A stretch of DNA of 64,000 nt, from positions 1,550,001 to 1,614,000 of the forward strand of contig NC_043007.1 of NCBI RefSeq assembly GCF_006345805.1, written 5' to 3'. Source of the stretch: Octopus sinensis (taxonomy: Eukaryota). Both the position numbers and the translations under genes were made by a program. Under the pieces are notes generated by a model. That model was not told the origin of the DNA, made no database searches, and saw nothing but the letters and a program-made list of their open reading frames with translations. Shown one piece after another: positions 12,781 to 24,900 of the stretch. How positions within the stretch are numbered: position 1 is the stretch's first letter; every line of letters starts with the position of its first letter.

Positions 12781-14945
12781 TTAGTATATGTTTGGTTGTT
12801 TTATTTACTACACGTTTTTTAATTACATCATCATCATCATCATCACGGATGCTAAACGATGATGATGATGATGATGTAATTAAAAAAACGTGTAGTAAAA
12901 AACAACCAAACATATACTAAATACACAGGTGAACAGAAAACACAAGAGGTCATCAACCCCTCGTTAGTTACTGGCCAGAGGGTCAAATGCAATTTCAGCC
13001 ATTATCGAGATATATATATATATCAAAAGAAAAGAAAAACATGTATACATATTGTGTATGTTGTTTCTAAATATTGATTTTCATACTTTCTTAGATAAAA
13101 AATAAATGTAAGAGGGGATATCAATAGACTATAAAACTCTTGATATAAATGAGAGTTCTATTTGATCCGATCAATGGAACAGCCAGCTTGTAAAATTAAT
13201 GTGAAAGTGGCTGAGTACTCCACAGACATTCATACTCTTAATGTAGATGTCAGGGAGATTCAGTATGACACAGAGTGTGACAAGGCTGGCCCCCTTTGAA
13301 TTACAGGTTCTTGTTGCCTTTTAAAGTCTAGCTAAGCTCGTGGGCCCGGTTTCCCAGTTTCTATGGCCTATGTGATCCCCCCCCCCCAGCTGGACGGGAT
13401 GCCAGTCATTCGCAGCGTTACTCATTTTTGCCAGCTGAGTGGACTGGAGCAACGTGAAATGAAGTGTTTCGCTCAAGAACACAACGCGTCGCCCGGTCCA
13501 GGAATCGAAACCACAATCTTACGATCATGATGGTGACACCCTAACCACTAAGCCACGCGCCTCCACTTGTATTACAGGTACAACTCATTTTTGCCAGCTG
13601 TGTGGACTGAAGGAACATGAAATAAAGCATCTTGCCCAAGGACAGAAGGACACAATGAGGAATTGAACTCATGACCTTATGATTGTGAATTGAACACCCA
13701 ACCACTTAGCCAGACGCCTTCACAAAACTCCTGATATAAAACACACAAACATATCACCTAAACCAAGATCTCCTCCAGTTTTACTGAATTGAGACAAAGG
13801 TCTCAAACTGGATGGTCACAAGTCTTTTTCTGGTAATATTCCTCGATGATCTTGTTGTTATTGTTAACCCTAGGTCATCCTTGATTGAGAAAACTTGTTA
13901 TCATCAAAGCTGTTTCAGCTTCGATAATCTCATTCAAAGTTAAAGTCTTTCCTGAGCATTAGCTCTCACTTTGGCCAGGGCTTATCTTTTTCTGAGGCAG
14001 TTAACCCATAAAGTGCTGGGATTTGAACTCACATACCAGGGACTGCTGAGCACACTTTATGAAAATGAAACTACCATGCACACACACACAAAAAAAAAGA
14101 ATAGTTAAAATATATTCTTAATATATAATTATTTCTTTAATGCCCACAGGGGGCTAAACATAGCGGGGACAAACAAAGAGATTAAGTCGATTGCATCGAC
14201 CCCAGTGCATAACTGGTACTTATTTAATTGATCCAGAAAGGATGAAAGGCGAAGTCAACCTCAGCAGAATTTGAACTCAGAATGTAATGGCAGACAAAAT
14301 ACTGCTAAGCATTTTGCCTGTCATGCTAACGATTCTGCCAGCTCACCACCCCTAGTATATAATGGGGGCCAAGTTTTACATTTGAAAAGTCATTAGTTGA
14401 ACCATTTGTCCTCTTTCTTTCTAGGGGGTATCAGAGCTGTTTAAGTGACATTAGACCCCGACATATGCCCATAAATTAAATGCATCTATCTGGGCTACAA
14501 TTGTGACCTATGAACAGTGCCTGACAGCGATAATTGTAGCCCATCACACTTTATGTGTTAAGTGACTGAGTGTGCATAACATCTCACTGGATGGGACGCC
14601 AGTCAATTGCTAGGATAGTTCCTAGCTACTGCTGATGTTTATTTTAAAAATAAAGTGCCTTGCTTAACCTATTTGATACCAACCTACTTGAGAGTACCCT
14701 GGTATAAGATACAAGGTTCTTGTTTTAAAGTGAGCTGAATTTAAAACCTTCCAACAAAATTTCATATTATATTCCTAATACCAGCTTAATATGAGGGTTA
14801 TTTTACTAAATTCTTCATTATTTGCAAAATTAATTAAAAAGAAAGGGAATGTGTTTCAGCAAAAATATGTTAACGAAAAGGTTAAGGACACATCATGATT
14901 ACATCATGCAATACATTGTTTTTATTGTAATAGGGATTTGAGTGA

Positions 14946-15152
14946 ATGCTGTTTGCCAACATAATGTGGCTGCCCTGAAAGGGGACAATGTTGCTGTTGT
15001 TTTAGTCCCAAGAAACATCGTTTCTAGTTGGCAATATGACACACTTTCTCTGTCCTTATATTTTTGAACAGGGATCCCAACAGCCCCACCCAGCACAAAG
15101 CAACATCCGTGGACTAGTTTCTGGGTCATTGCCTTTTATCAACACAGAAATA
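14946..15152 (-). mobile_element. Diverged relative of the 6541/53746 HHR element
   Basis: Shares TGTTTGCCAACATAA...ATGTTGCTG...TTTAGYCCCARGARRCATCG...TGTCCTTATATTTT and has an HHR at the equivalent position. Confidence 0.6.
15106..15148 (-). ncRNA. Minimal type-I hammerhead motif (U3-A8 core variant)
   Basis: Minus strand TCTGTG-TTGATAA-AAGGCAATGACCCA-GAAA-CTAG-TC-CACGGA. 6-bp helix I (one G-U), palindromic helix III ACTAGT, GUC site, weak helix II. Confidence 0.7.
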
Positions 15153-15842
15153 CTAAGATTTCAGTGAAATTTGGCTGCTATTATTAGCATTTGGAAGTCA
15201 TTGGCTTGAGAGGATCCGACAAAATGAAGTGCATGGTGCAAACATGCATTGAAACACCAGCAGGGAATTTGAACTCAAGACCTGCAAACTATATTATCTA
15301 ATACCATATTTAGTCATTTCACTTGTACATATGGCATGGCAGACAATGTCCTGCTTAAACCAAGAATTCGGTGATTCTATTGGTTTCTTTTCCATCTTAA
15401 CCATTAGTGATTCACCCTGCCCGTTACAAATCGTGACAGAAACAATGCTTTTTTTTTCTGTTGGCTTTTTTGGGGTTTTTGGTAGGCAGGATTTGAACAT
15501 AGATTGCACGGAACTGAATAGATGCCGCAAAGCATTCTATCTGATGCTCTCACTCTTCCATGTATCCATCTCCTCTCTAGATTGGTACAAAACATAAGAA
15601 AATAAACCAAAAAAAATGGATAAAGTGGGATTTGAACTCAGAGTACCAATAATCAGAACAAATATAGCTACGCTTTCTGTCTGGTGTTCTAACATTTCTG
15701 CCAAGTCGTCATCTTTCTGTATGCTTGTGTGTGTAAACAAAAAATACTTAAATATAATATTCATTGATGTACTTTTTATTTATATTTTATAACTGGTGTT
15801 CATGTGCATATGTGTGTACATAGAAGAGTTTATGTACGTGCT

Positions 15843-15881
<39 letters not shown>

Positions 15882-16465
15882 TAGATTGACAGTGAATTTA
15901 ACTGGCTCTGATGCTTTCATAAGCGGCAATGAATATTCATGTTTAAAAGTTTTGAATAACAATACAATAATTGTTAACTAGATCAAGAAGATGTTTAAAA
16001 AAGTTCATATCAACATATGCACTCAACCAGAAACTGGAATAAACATTTCATTTGTGTTTTATCATATTTATTTATTTATTAATGTTTAATATTTTCTGAG
16101 ATAACCTAACTTTTGGATTTTTTTTTTTGTTTTTGATTTTTGATGGTTGTTTTTTTTTTATTAGTGGAGTTTTATCTCTGATTTGAAGATTTTTTCTCTG
16201 AACGAGCTCTGCTCATTGGTGTCTTCTGATTTCTTGCTTCAGAAAATACAATGCAGGTTTTTGTTTTTCTTGAATGGTGTTTCATGCTGTGTATACTGTA
16301 TATATTGAATACGAGATTAGCTATTGCTTTCTGCTTAAAGTCCTTTTAAGTTTATCTTCCTGACAACTGTATAGTTTTAATTTTAGGATATATATATATA
16401 GTTTTAGTGCGTTTGCATGTGTGCATCTCTCTCGCCCTCTTTGATATATACATATATATATATAT

Positions 16466-16500
<35 letters not shown>

Positions 16501-16585
16501 CATATATATGTATATATATATATATACATACACATATATATATATACATATATATATATATACATACACATATATATACATACAC

Positions 16586-16621
<36 letters not shown>

Positions 16622-16739
16622 ATACACATATATATACATATATATACATATATATACATATACATACACATATATATACATATATATACATATATATAGA
16701 TACACATATATATACATATATATATATACACACATACAC

Positions 16740-16775
<36 letters not shown>

Positions 16776-17357
16776 ATATGTATGTATGTATTTATTGGAT
16801 TTCTTTTAATAGTAAAAAAAAACAAAAAAGAAATCCAATAACTCCAATTGTTTAAAGATATTTCCCTGACTTTGTTTGATTGTTTTCACCCCTTTTTTTT
16901 ATATTTATAGAAGTGGGATTATTAGAGATATCAAAAGTTATTATACTGAAAGGATTTTAGATTTATTTGGAAGAGAAAAAAAAAGAAGATTTCCCTTTAA
17001 ATCGAATCTATTTTCCCTTAGAATCTTTCAAGTACTCTGTACCCTTCATTGATAGTAAACTTAACTTTTTAATCTTTGAAATGCAACAGACAATAAAATT
17101 AGGAAACATAAGGAAACTTTGCGAATTCTTTACCTTATATACACTTCCATTAATTGCATCTCATTGTATTTTTTAATGTATAAGCTCTTGGCTCCAGGTA
17201 TCGCGAAAGCTACTAAGGGTATTCCGTACCTTATTACTTTGTGAGATCCACAGGAGAGGATTGTTGTTATATTTTGGATAGCGCTTCTGGGCATCTAGAA
17301 AAGGAGCACTCAAAGAATAAGCACAAAATCATTCAAAGACACACACTGTCTTCAGAC

Positions 17358-17388
<31 letters not shown>

Positions 17389-17458
17389 CTTCTCTCTCTC
17401 TGCCTTTTCTGTTCTACTGTAATAGAGCAACCTAAGTACATGCCACCTTATAATTTGG

Positions 17459-17560
17459 TAAAATCCCTGAAGAAGGAGGTGATGATAATTAGATTAATAG
17501 ATCTTAGATTCTATTACATTTTTGTACCACTATGCCCCCAGAAACAGCTGTCGGATTTTA
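17459..17560 (+). ncRNA. Type-I hammerhead ribozyme motif with long helix II
   Basis: TAAAATCC-CTGAAGA-(AGGAGGTG...TGCCCCCA)-GAAA-CAGCTG-TC-GGATTTTA. Perfect 8-bp helix I, intact core, palindromic helix III (ACAGCTGT), GUC cleavage triplet. Confidence 0.8.
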
Positions 17561-17799
17561 ATGAATCATAAACCTCTATGTGAATTTACCATATTTTCTA
17601 CACCACCCATTCTGTGTATATAATGTTAATATCATTCTTATTGTAAGTAGCACTATATATTATATATTTTTTTTTCATTATTTATTTTTTCTTGCAATAG
17701 CCAGTACTTTTGGTCAAACTGTCGTATCTCCAACTGCTTCGGATGCCTAATTTTTAGTTGATATGGTATTGTTACTACAAGAAATCATGTGTAGCGTTT

Positions 17800-18188
17800 A
17801 CTCTTTTACATGTTTCAGTCATTTGACTGCGGCCATGCTGGAGCACCGCCTTTAGTCGAGCAAATCGACCCCGGGACTTATTCTTTGTAAGCCCAGTACT
17901 TATTCTATCGGTCTCTTTTGCCGAACCGCTAAGTGACGGGGACGTAAACACACCAGCATCGGTTGTCAAGCAATGCTAGGGGGACAAACACACACACACA
18001 CACACATATATATATACATATATACGACAGGCTTCTTTCAGTTTCCGTCTACCAAATCCACGCACAAGGCATTGGTCGGCCCGGGGCTATAGCCGAAGAC
18101 ACTTGCCCAAGATGCCACGCAGTGGGACTGAACCCGGAACCATGTGGTTGGTAAACAAGCTACTTACCACACAGCCACTCCTGCGCCT
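17800..18188 (-). mobile_element. SINE family A, young CpG-rich copy
   Basis: Full-length reverse complement of 26449-26880. Confidence 0.9.
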
Positions 18189-18400
18189 ATAATATTCTCA
18201 CTTGAGAACTGTTGAGCTGCAACATGAAAATAAATCGAAACAATGATTGGTTTTTTATCATTTTATTTCATTCACATCAACTCCCCTCAACTCATTTTTA
18301 CTACTGGCCACCCTTCCACTCGTTTTCACCATTCACCATTATTCCCATCTCTAACCATCTCTCGTTCTCCCTCCCCCATGCTATTTTAATACTGTCTTCT

Positions 18401-18815
18401 TATTTCTTTACTGCCCACTGGGGGCTAAACACAGAGGGGGACAAACAAGGACAGACAAATGGATTAAGTTGATTATATCAATCCCAGTGCATAACTGGTA
18501 CTTATTTTATCGATCCCGAAAGGATGAAAGGCAAAGTTGACCTCGGTGGAATTTGAACTCAGAACGCAGTGGCAGACGAAATACCTATTTCTTTATTACC
18601 CACAAGGGGCTAAACATAGAGGGGACAAACAAGGACAGACATAGGTATTAAATCAATTACATCGACCCCAGTGCGTAACTGGTACTTAATTTATCGACCC
18701 CGAAAGGATGAAAGGCAAAATCGACCTTGGCGGAATTTGAACTCAGAACGTAGCGGCAGACGAAATACCGCTAAGCATTTCGCCCGGTGTGCTAACGTTT
18801 CTGCCAGCTCGCCAC
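18401..18815 (-). mobile_element. Dimeric SINE B
   Basis: Body duplicated in tandem. 17-bp TSD TTTTAATACT(G/C)TCTTCT at 18384-18400 and 18819-18835. Confidence 0.85.
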
Positions 18816-20193
18816 CTTTTTTAATACTCTCTTCTATTCACCTTCATGGCACCCCTTGACATTTTTTCTCACTGCCGTCCTTTTCTCTCTTTCCGGTTCA
18901 AACCCAGTTATTCTCATCCACCCTTATATAATATGAGATGGCCACGTATCTCCTGTACAACAAGAAACCCCTACCTGTCCCTTCTGTCCTACTTTAACCT
19001 TTTAACACCCAGTTTATTGTCTCCTCCCTTTCAGCTGTCCTCCCACTCGTTCAAGGAAGCTTTTTGGTCTTGTTGTTGTTTGTTCCTTCTCAAGCCATGC
19101 CTGGCTCATAAGGGCCGGCTTCCCAGTTTCTTGACATATAGGTTCCCCACCTGGACGGGACGCCGGTCCATCGCTGGTGAGCTGCTAGATGCAGGAGGAA
19201 AGAGTGAGAGAAAGTTGTGGCAAAAGAGTCAGCAGAAGTTCTTCATTACCTTTTGCTGGAGCCGCGTAAAGCTTAGGTGTTTCGCTCATAAACACACACA
19301 CACATCGTCCGGTCTGAGATTTGAACCCGCAATCCTTCGACTGCGAGTCCGCTGCTCTAACCACTAGGCCATGTGCCTCCACTTTTTGGTCTTGTGTGTT
19401 ATGTGGCAACCTCTCTAGTGTTGGTGCCACTAAAAATACAACCAGTAAACTGAATCTAGTGGTTGGCATTGAGAAGGGCATCAAGCTGTAGAAGGCAGAG
19501 CAAGAAATGGAGTATGATGCAGTCTTCTTGCCTGCTGGGTCTTGTCAAACCATCCACCAGTATGGAAAGACAAATGTTAAATGATGATGACTTTTGTCGT
19601 GTTTTGTAGGAAAATATATTGTAATTTAATGCATGACTTCTTCTAATTAGATTATTTAATAGAATATTTCAAAATAGACACTTGTACATTGTTGCTTTGT
19701 TGGTCTGAGCTAAATGTCTTTTGTGAATGTCAAGAGAGTTGTTATTAATTGAACTCAAAAAGTGAATTAAAAACAATATGAATAAGTTTACATCTCGAGC
19801 ATTATTCTGTTGCTTTCAACATTATTTCAATTTATTACCACTTTTACCTTCTATATTAAATGATGATATCTTCAAAAAATAGGTGTTGCTGCTGTTTAGC
19901 TCCAAGTTGGCGCCAATCTACAAGACCCATAACCTTTTTGCATTTAATTTATTCTGTCAAATGCGATGCTTATTTAGTCATATTGTTTTGGATTAATCAT
20001 GCATTATCTCGTAGCTTTGAGATTTCGTTCATGTGATTCTTTAATTTTAGAATGGCATTGTATAGTAAGTGTGAGAGGCAGGATCTGGCCAGTTTGTACA
20101 TAAAATATTTGGGCCGGGTGTGGCCTGTTTAAATACTAATAGGTCAAACATCATTTTTATTTTTTTGTTTGGAATAATGTATGCCATACTATA

Positions 20194-20450
20194 ATAAATA
20201 AATAAATAAATGTGCCCTTTTAAAGCCCAGCCACGCTCATGGGCCCGGTTTCAATGGCATATGTGTTCCCCAGCTGGACGGGACACCAGTCCATCGTAGT
20301 GTTACTCACTTTTGCCAGCTGAGTGAACTGGAGCAACGTGAAATGAAGTGTTTTGCTCAAGAACACAACACGTCACCCAGTCCAGGAATCGAAACCACAA
20401 TCTTACGATCATGGTGCTAACACCCTAACCACTAAGCCACGCACCTCCAC
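20194..20450 (-). mobile_element. tRNA-derived SINE with (TTTA)n tail
   Basis: 13-bp TSD ATGCCATACTATA at 20181-20193 and 20451-20463. Sister copy 13310-13570 is nested in an older SINE with 9-bp TSD ATTACAGGT. Confidence 0.85.
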
Positions 20451-21081
20451 ATGCCATACTATACTGTCCACTTTTTTAAATTTCACAGTAATATAAAATA
20501 TAGTAAGGTGGCAAGCTGGCAGAATTGTTAGCATGCTGGGTGCAATGCTTAGAGGTATTTCATATTTCATCTGCCGTTATGTTCTGAGTTCAAATTCTGC
20601 CGAGGTTGACTTTGACTTTCATCTTCTCGAGGTCAATTTAATAAATACCTGTTACTCACTGGGGGGTCGATGTAATTGACGTAATCCCTTTGTCTGTCCT
20701 TGTTTGTCCCCTCTATGTTTAGCCCCTTGTGCGCAATAAAGAAATAAATATAGAATATAGTAGTTTGAGGGAGGTTTAACTGCTGCTTCTTGCATGTAGA
20801 GCGGCCACATAAAAAAGCTTCTTCATTTGCTCCTCACAAGATCTTATTATTATGTTACTCTTTTTACTCTTTACTCTTTTACTTGTTTCAGTCATTTGAC
20901 TGTGGCCATGCTGGAGCATCGCCTTTAGTTGAGGAAATCAACCTCAGGACTTATTCTTTGGAATCCTAGTACTTATTTTATCGATCTCTTTTGCCCAACC
21001 GCTAAGTTACAGGAACGTAAACACACCAGCATTGGTTGTCAAGCGATGTTGGGGAGGACATACACAGACACACAAACATAT

Positions 21082-21132
<51 letters not shown>

Positions 21133-21651
21133 TACGACAGGCTTCTTTCAGTTTCTGTCTACCAAATCCACTCACAAGGCTTTGGTCGGCCTGAGGCTAT
21201 AGTAGAAGACACTTGCCCAAGGTACCACATTGTGGGACTGAACCCAGAACCATGTGGTTCGTAAGCAAGCTACTTAGCACACAGCCACTCCTACGCCTTT
21301 TTGTTGTGCAAAAAAGCAAAAATAAGAAAAACAAAAAAAAAACAACAACATAATAATGAAGAAAGGAAGTTGCCCAAACATCATTATATTGACTAAAATC
21401 TTGTCTCTGGCATGAATACATACAAAGGGTCCATTGTCCAATTCCAAAAACATATCGCCATATTCCAACCTCAGTTTTCTCCTCTCTTTAAATATTTCTT
21501 CATGCTAAATCGCTTTATTGATCTTCATTGATCTAAGAATTCATTTTAGTCTTAACTTTCTATTAAAACTGTTTATGTGGATTAATACTGCTGGAGGGTG
21601 TTGTTTGTCTATATATATATATTTATATATATATATATTTATATATATATA

Positions 21652-21680
<29 letters not shown>

Positions 21681-21686
<6 letters not shown>

Positions 21687-22140
21687 AATACTAAATTTCT
21701 AAATCTCTCGTAGAGACGTGTACGGTGGTGTGGCGATAGAATGGTTGTATACTGTCAATCTAACACGAACGTTCATCACCACTGTTTAGCCCTAGGAAGC
21801 ATCGACGCCTCCTGATGGCTTTGACACATTTTTCCTGTGTCCTTATATACATTTACGAAGGGGAGACAAATACCCCCAGCCACCCGGGCTTCATCTAGGA
21901 ACACGTGTTTCAGGATGATTGTCCTTCGTCGGCCTAGAGTAGCAGACACCGGTCAGCTGACGATATCTGTCTCGACTCGTAATGTATATATCTAAATTTC
22001 AGTGAGGTCTATTCACTGATTATCAAAATCAGAAATACTAAATTTCTAAATCTCTTGTAGAGACATGTACGGTGGTGGGGTGATAGAATGGTTGTTTACG
22101 GTCAATATAACAAGAACGTGACAGTATACAACCATTCTAT
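21681..22140 (-). mobile_element. HHR-bearing Penelope-like/retrozyme-like element: 347-bp monomer, partial tandem copy and inverted tail
   Basis: ATCAGAAATACTAAATTTC recurs at 21681 and 22028 (period 347). 22119-22140 is the exact reverse complement of 21736-21757. Contains the HHR at 21894-21938 and no ORF. Confidence 0.7.
21894..21938 (-). ncRNA. Minimal type-I hammerhead ribozyme motif (U4C core variant)
   Basis: Minus strand TCTAGG-CCGACGA-AGGACAATCATCCT-GAAA-CACGTG-TT-CCTAGA. 6-bp helix I, 4-bp helix II, palindromic helix III ACACGTGT. Confidence 0.75.
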
Positions 22141-22340
22141 ATATATCTATATATATATAGTTTTCTTTATATTTCATTTCAATTCTGAGCTGTTTGTGGA
22201 AGTGAAAATTACAGACGTTTATTATGACATTTATTCCGTGAAACAGAACTGAAGTGAAAATAGAATGGATAAAATCCGTGAAATGGTGGCCTGTGTGGTT
22301 AGGTCATTCACAGTGATTCAGCTTCTGGTTTGACCCTGCT

Positions 22341-22396
22341 GTGTGGTACCCTATTGTGTGGTACCCTATTGTGTGGTACCCTACTGTGTGGTACCC
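22341..22396. repeat. 15-bp tandem repeat x~4 inside a decayed SINE A
   Basis: TGTGGTACCCTAT/C repeated; source of the VVPYC ORF. Confidence 0.9.
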
Positions 22397-23921
22397 CCAG
22401 GTAAACATCTTATAGCATACACTCAGATTGAACAATGTCTGGTGAGAGAAAATTTGGTAGATGGAAACTGTGCAAAAGCCAGTTTGTGTGTGTGTGTGTG
22501 TCTCTTTTTATACCAAGTGTCTTAACATTGACCCCACCTCAGCAATGACATTATGTCCCCTCGTAATGAAACACCTGACAATACAAAAATGTCAAATGAA
22601 ATACCTTGCTTGAATGACAAATAGGGATTGGTGTTAAGAACGGCATCAGGCTGTAGAATATTGTCACAAGAAGAAGGGTCATGTAACACACGCTGTCATG
22701 GAAGAAACTGCACCTAAAACTGATGATGATGATGATGATGAGGCACATGGATGTGTGTGTGTGTATGTGTATAGGTACAGGAGTGGTTAGTAGCTTGCTT
22801 ACCAACCAAAGGGCTCCGGGTTCCGTTCCACTGCATGGCACTTTGGATAAGTGTCTTCTACTATAGCCTCAGGCCAACCAAAGCCATGTGAGTGGATTTA
22901 GTAGATGGAAACTGAAAGAAGCCTGTTGTGTACATATATATATGTGTGTCTGTGTTTATCCCTGCAACACTGCTTGACAACCGATGGTGGTGTGTTTACG
23001 TCCTCGTAATTTAGTGGTTTGGTAAAAAGAGAGCAATAGAATAAGTACTAGGCTTACAAAGAATAAGTCCTGGGGTCGATTTTCTCAACTAACGGTGGTG
23101 CTCCAGCATGGCTGCAGTCAAATGACCGAAACAAATAAAAGAATAAAATATATATATATATATATCATCATCATCATTTAACGTCCGCTTTCCATGCTAG
23201 CATGGGTTATATATATTTATATATATACATATATATATTTATATATATATATATATATATATATACTGTGTGTGTGTGCTTGTGTGTGTGTATTTCCTCT
23301 TTGATAGTAATTTTATATTCTCCTCAAATCAAGGCTCTTTTGAGAAGTTAATGGTCACCACTGAACAATAAATATTATTTTGACTCTTTTACCATTATCG
23401 ATTCCTTCATTCAAACCATATTTAGTGCACACCAAGCAAGACACAACTGATATATACACACACACACATATATATATGCAGTTACAGTGTTGCTATTTAA
23501 TTATTTTTATTTCCCTTTCTATAATTCCATCTTCATGGTTATTAAGTTTATTGCATTTCCTTAACCTCTTTATCACTCTTCCAGTTTTTGTTGGCTTATT
23601 GTAAAGGCATATTACAGCATTAATCAGTCATTTAGTGAGTGTCCTTCTCCTAACTTGTCTCTTTATTGCCCATTGCAGTTACACACTTGCCACATAAAAG
23701 TGTATTATTATTTCCTGATGTCGCTTGTTTATGACTTTCATATTGGCAATATGGAGATGAATTCCGCTCATGCTTTCAGTGAAACATGCAGCCGAAAGGT
23801 CTAAAGGTATAATGGAATATTCCATGAGACAGCAGCATAGGTGTGTGGTTAACAAGTTTGCTTCTGAACCACTTGGTTTCTGGTTCATTCTTACTGCATG
23901 GCACCCAGACGAAGTGTTTCT

Positions 23922-24338
23922 TATTTCTTTACTGCCCACAAGGGGCTACACACAGAGGGGACAAACAAGATCAGACAAACAGATTAAGTAGATTATATTG
24001 ACCCCAGTGCATAACTGGTACTTATTTAATCGACCCCGAAAGGATGAAAAGGCAATATCGACCTCGGCGGAATTTTAACTCAGAACGTAGTAACAGACGA
24101 AATACCTATTTCTTTACTACCCACAAAGGGCTAAACACAGAAGAGACAAACAAGGACAGACAAATGGATTAAATCAATTATATCGACCCCAGTGCGTAAC
24201 TGGTACTTATTTAATCGACCCTGAAAGGATGAAAGGCAATGTCAACCTCGGTGGAATTTGAACTCAGAATGTAGCGACAGATGAAGCACCACTAAGCATT
24301 TCGTCCGGCATGCTAACATTTCTGCCAGCTCGCTGCCT
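23922..24338 (-). mobile_element. Dimeric SINE B inserted into a SINE A
   Basis: 20-bp TSD CACCCAGACGAAGTGTTTCT at 23902-23921 and 24344-24363. Confidence 0.85.
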
Positions 24339-24444
24339 TCTAACACCCAGACGAAGTGTTTCTACTGCCACCCTGGGTCAACTAAAGCCTTGTGAATGGA
24401 TTTGGTAGTCAGAAAGTGAAAGAAACATTTTTTGTATGAACATG

Positions 24445-24900
24445 TGCATTAAATGTGGTGTGCAAGAGAGATGACTGCGCTAGTATAGTCATGTGTTGCG
24501 AATGGATGAGGACAGCTGTGTGAAAAAGTGTTACACCCTAGCAGTTGAGGGAACCTGTGAAAGAGGTAGACCTAGGCAGACCTGGGATGAGGTGGTGATG
24601 CACGATCTTCGAACATTGGGCCTCAACGAGGCAATGACTAGTGACCGAGACCTTTGGAGATATGCTGTACTTGAGAAGACCTGGCAAGCCTAATGAGACC
24701 ATAATTTGTGGCCTATGCCAGGGGTGTATAACCAACCCACTTAGGAGTATCCTTCATTCATTGGACAATAAACTTTGCTTGCAAAGGCCTGTTGAGGCAA
24801 GTGAAATCAAAATTGCTGATGTGACCGATGACAGTACCACCTGATTGGCACTCGTGCCAGTGGAACGTTAAAAGCACCATCTGAGTGTGATTGTTGCCAG
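24445..24900 (+). mobile_element. RTE-type LINE 3' fragment
   Basis: HVLRMDEDSCVKKCYTLAVEGTCERGRPRQTWDEVVMHDLRTLGLNEAMTSDRDLWR is a typical RTE C-terminus, followed by 3' UTR. Confidence 0.85.

Noticed and set aside
17185-17219. CTCTTGG...GAAA-GC-TA-CTAAGGG resembling an HHR frame
   Set aside because: CUGANGA is replaced by CTCCAGG, so there is no catalytic core.
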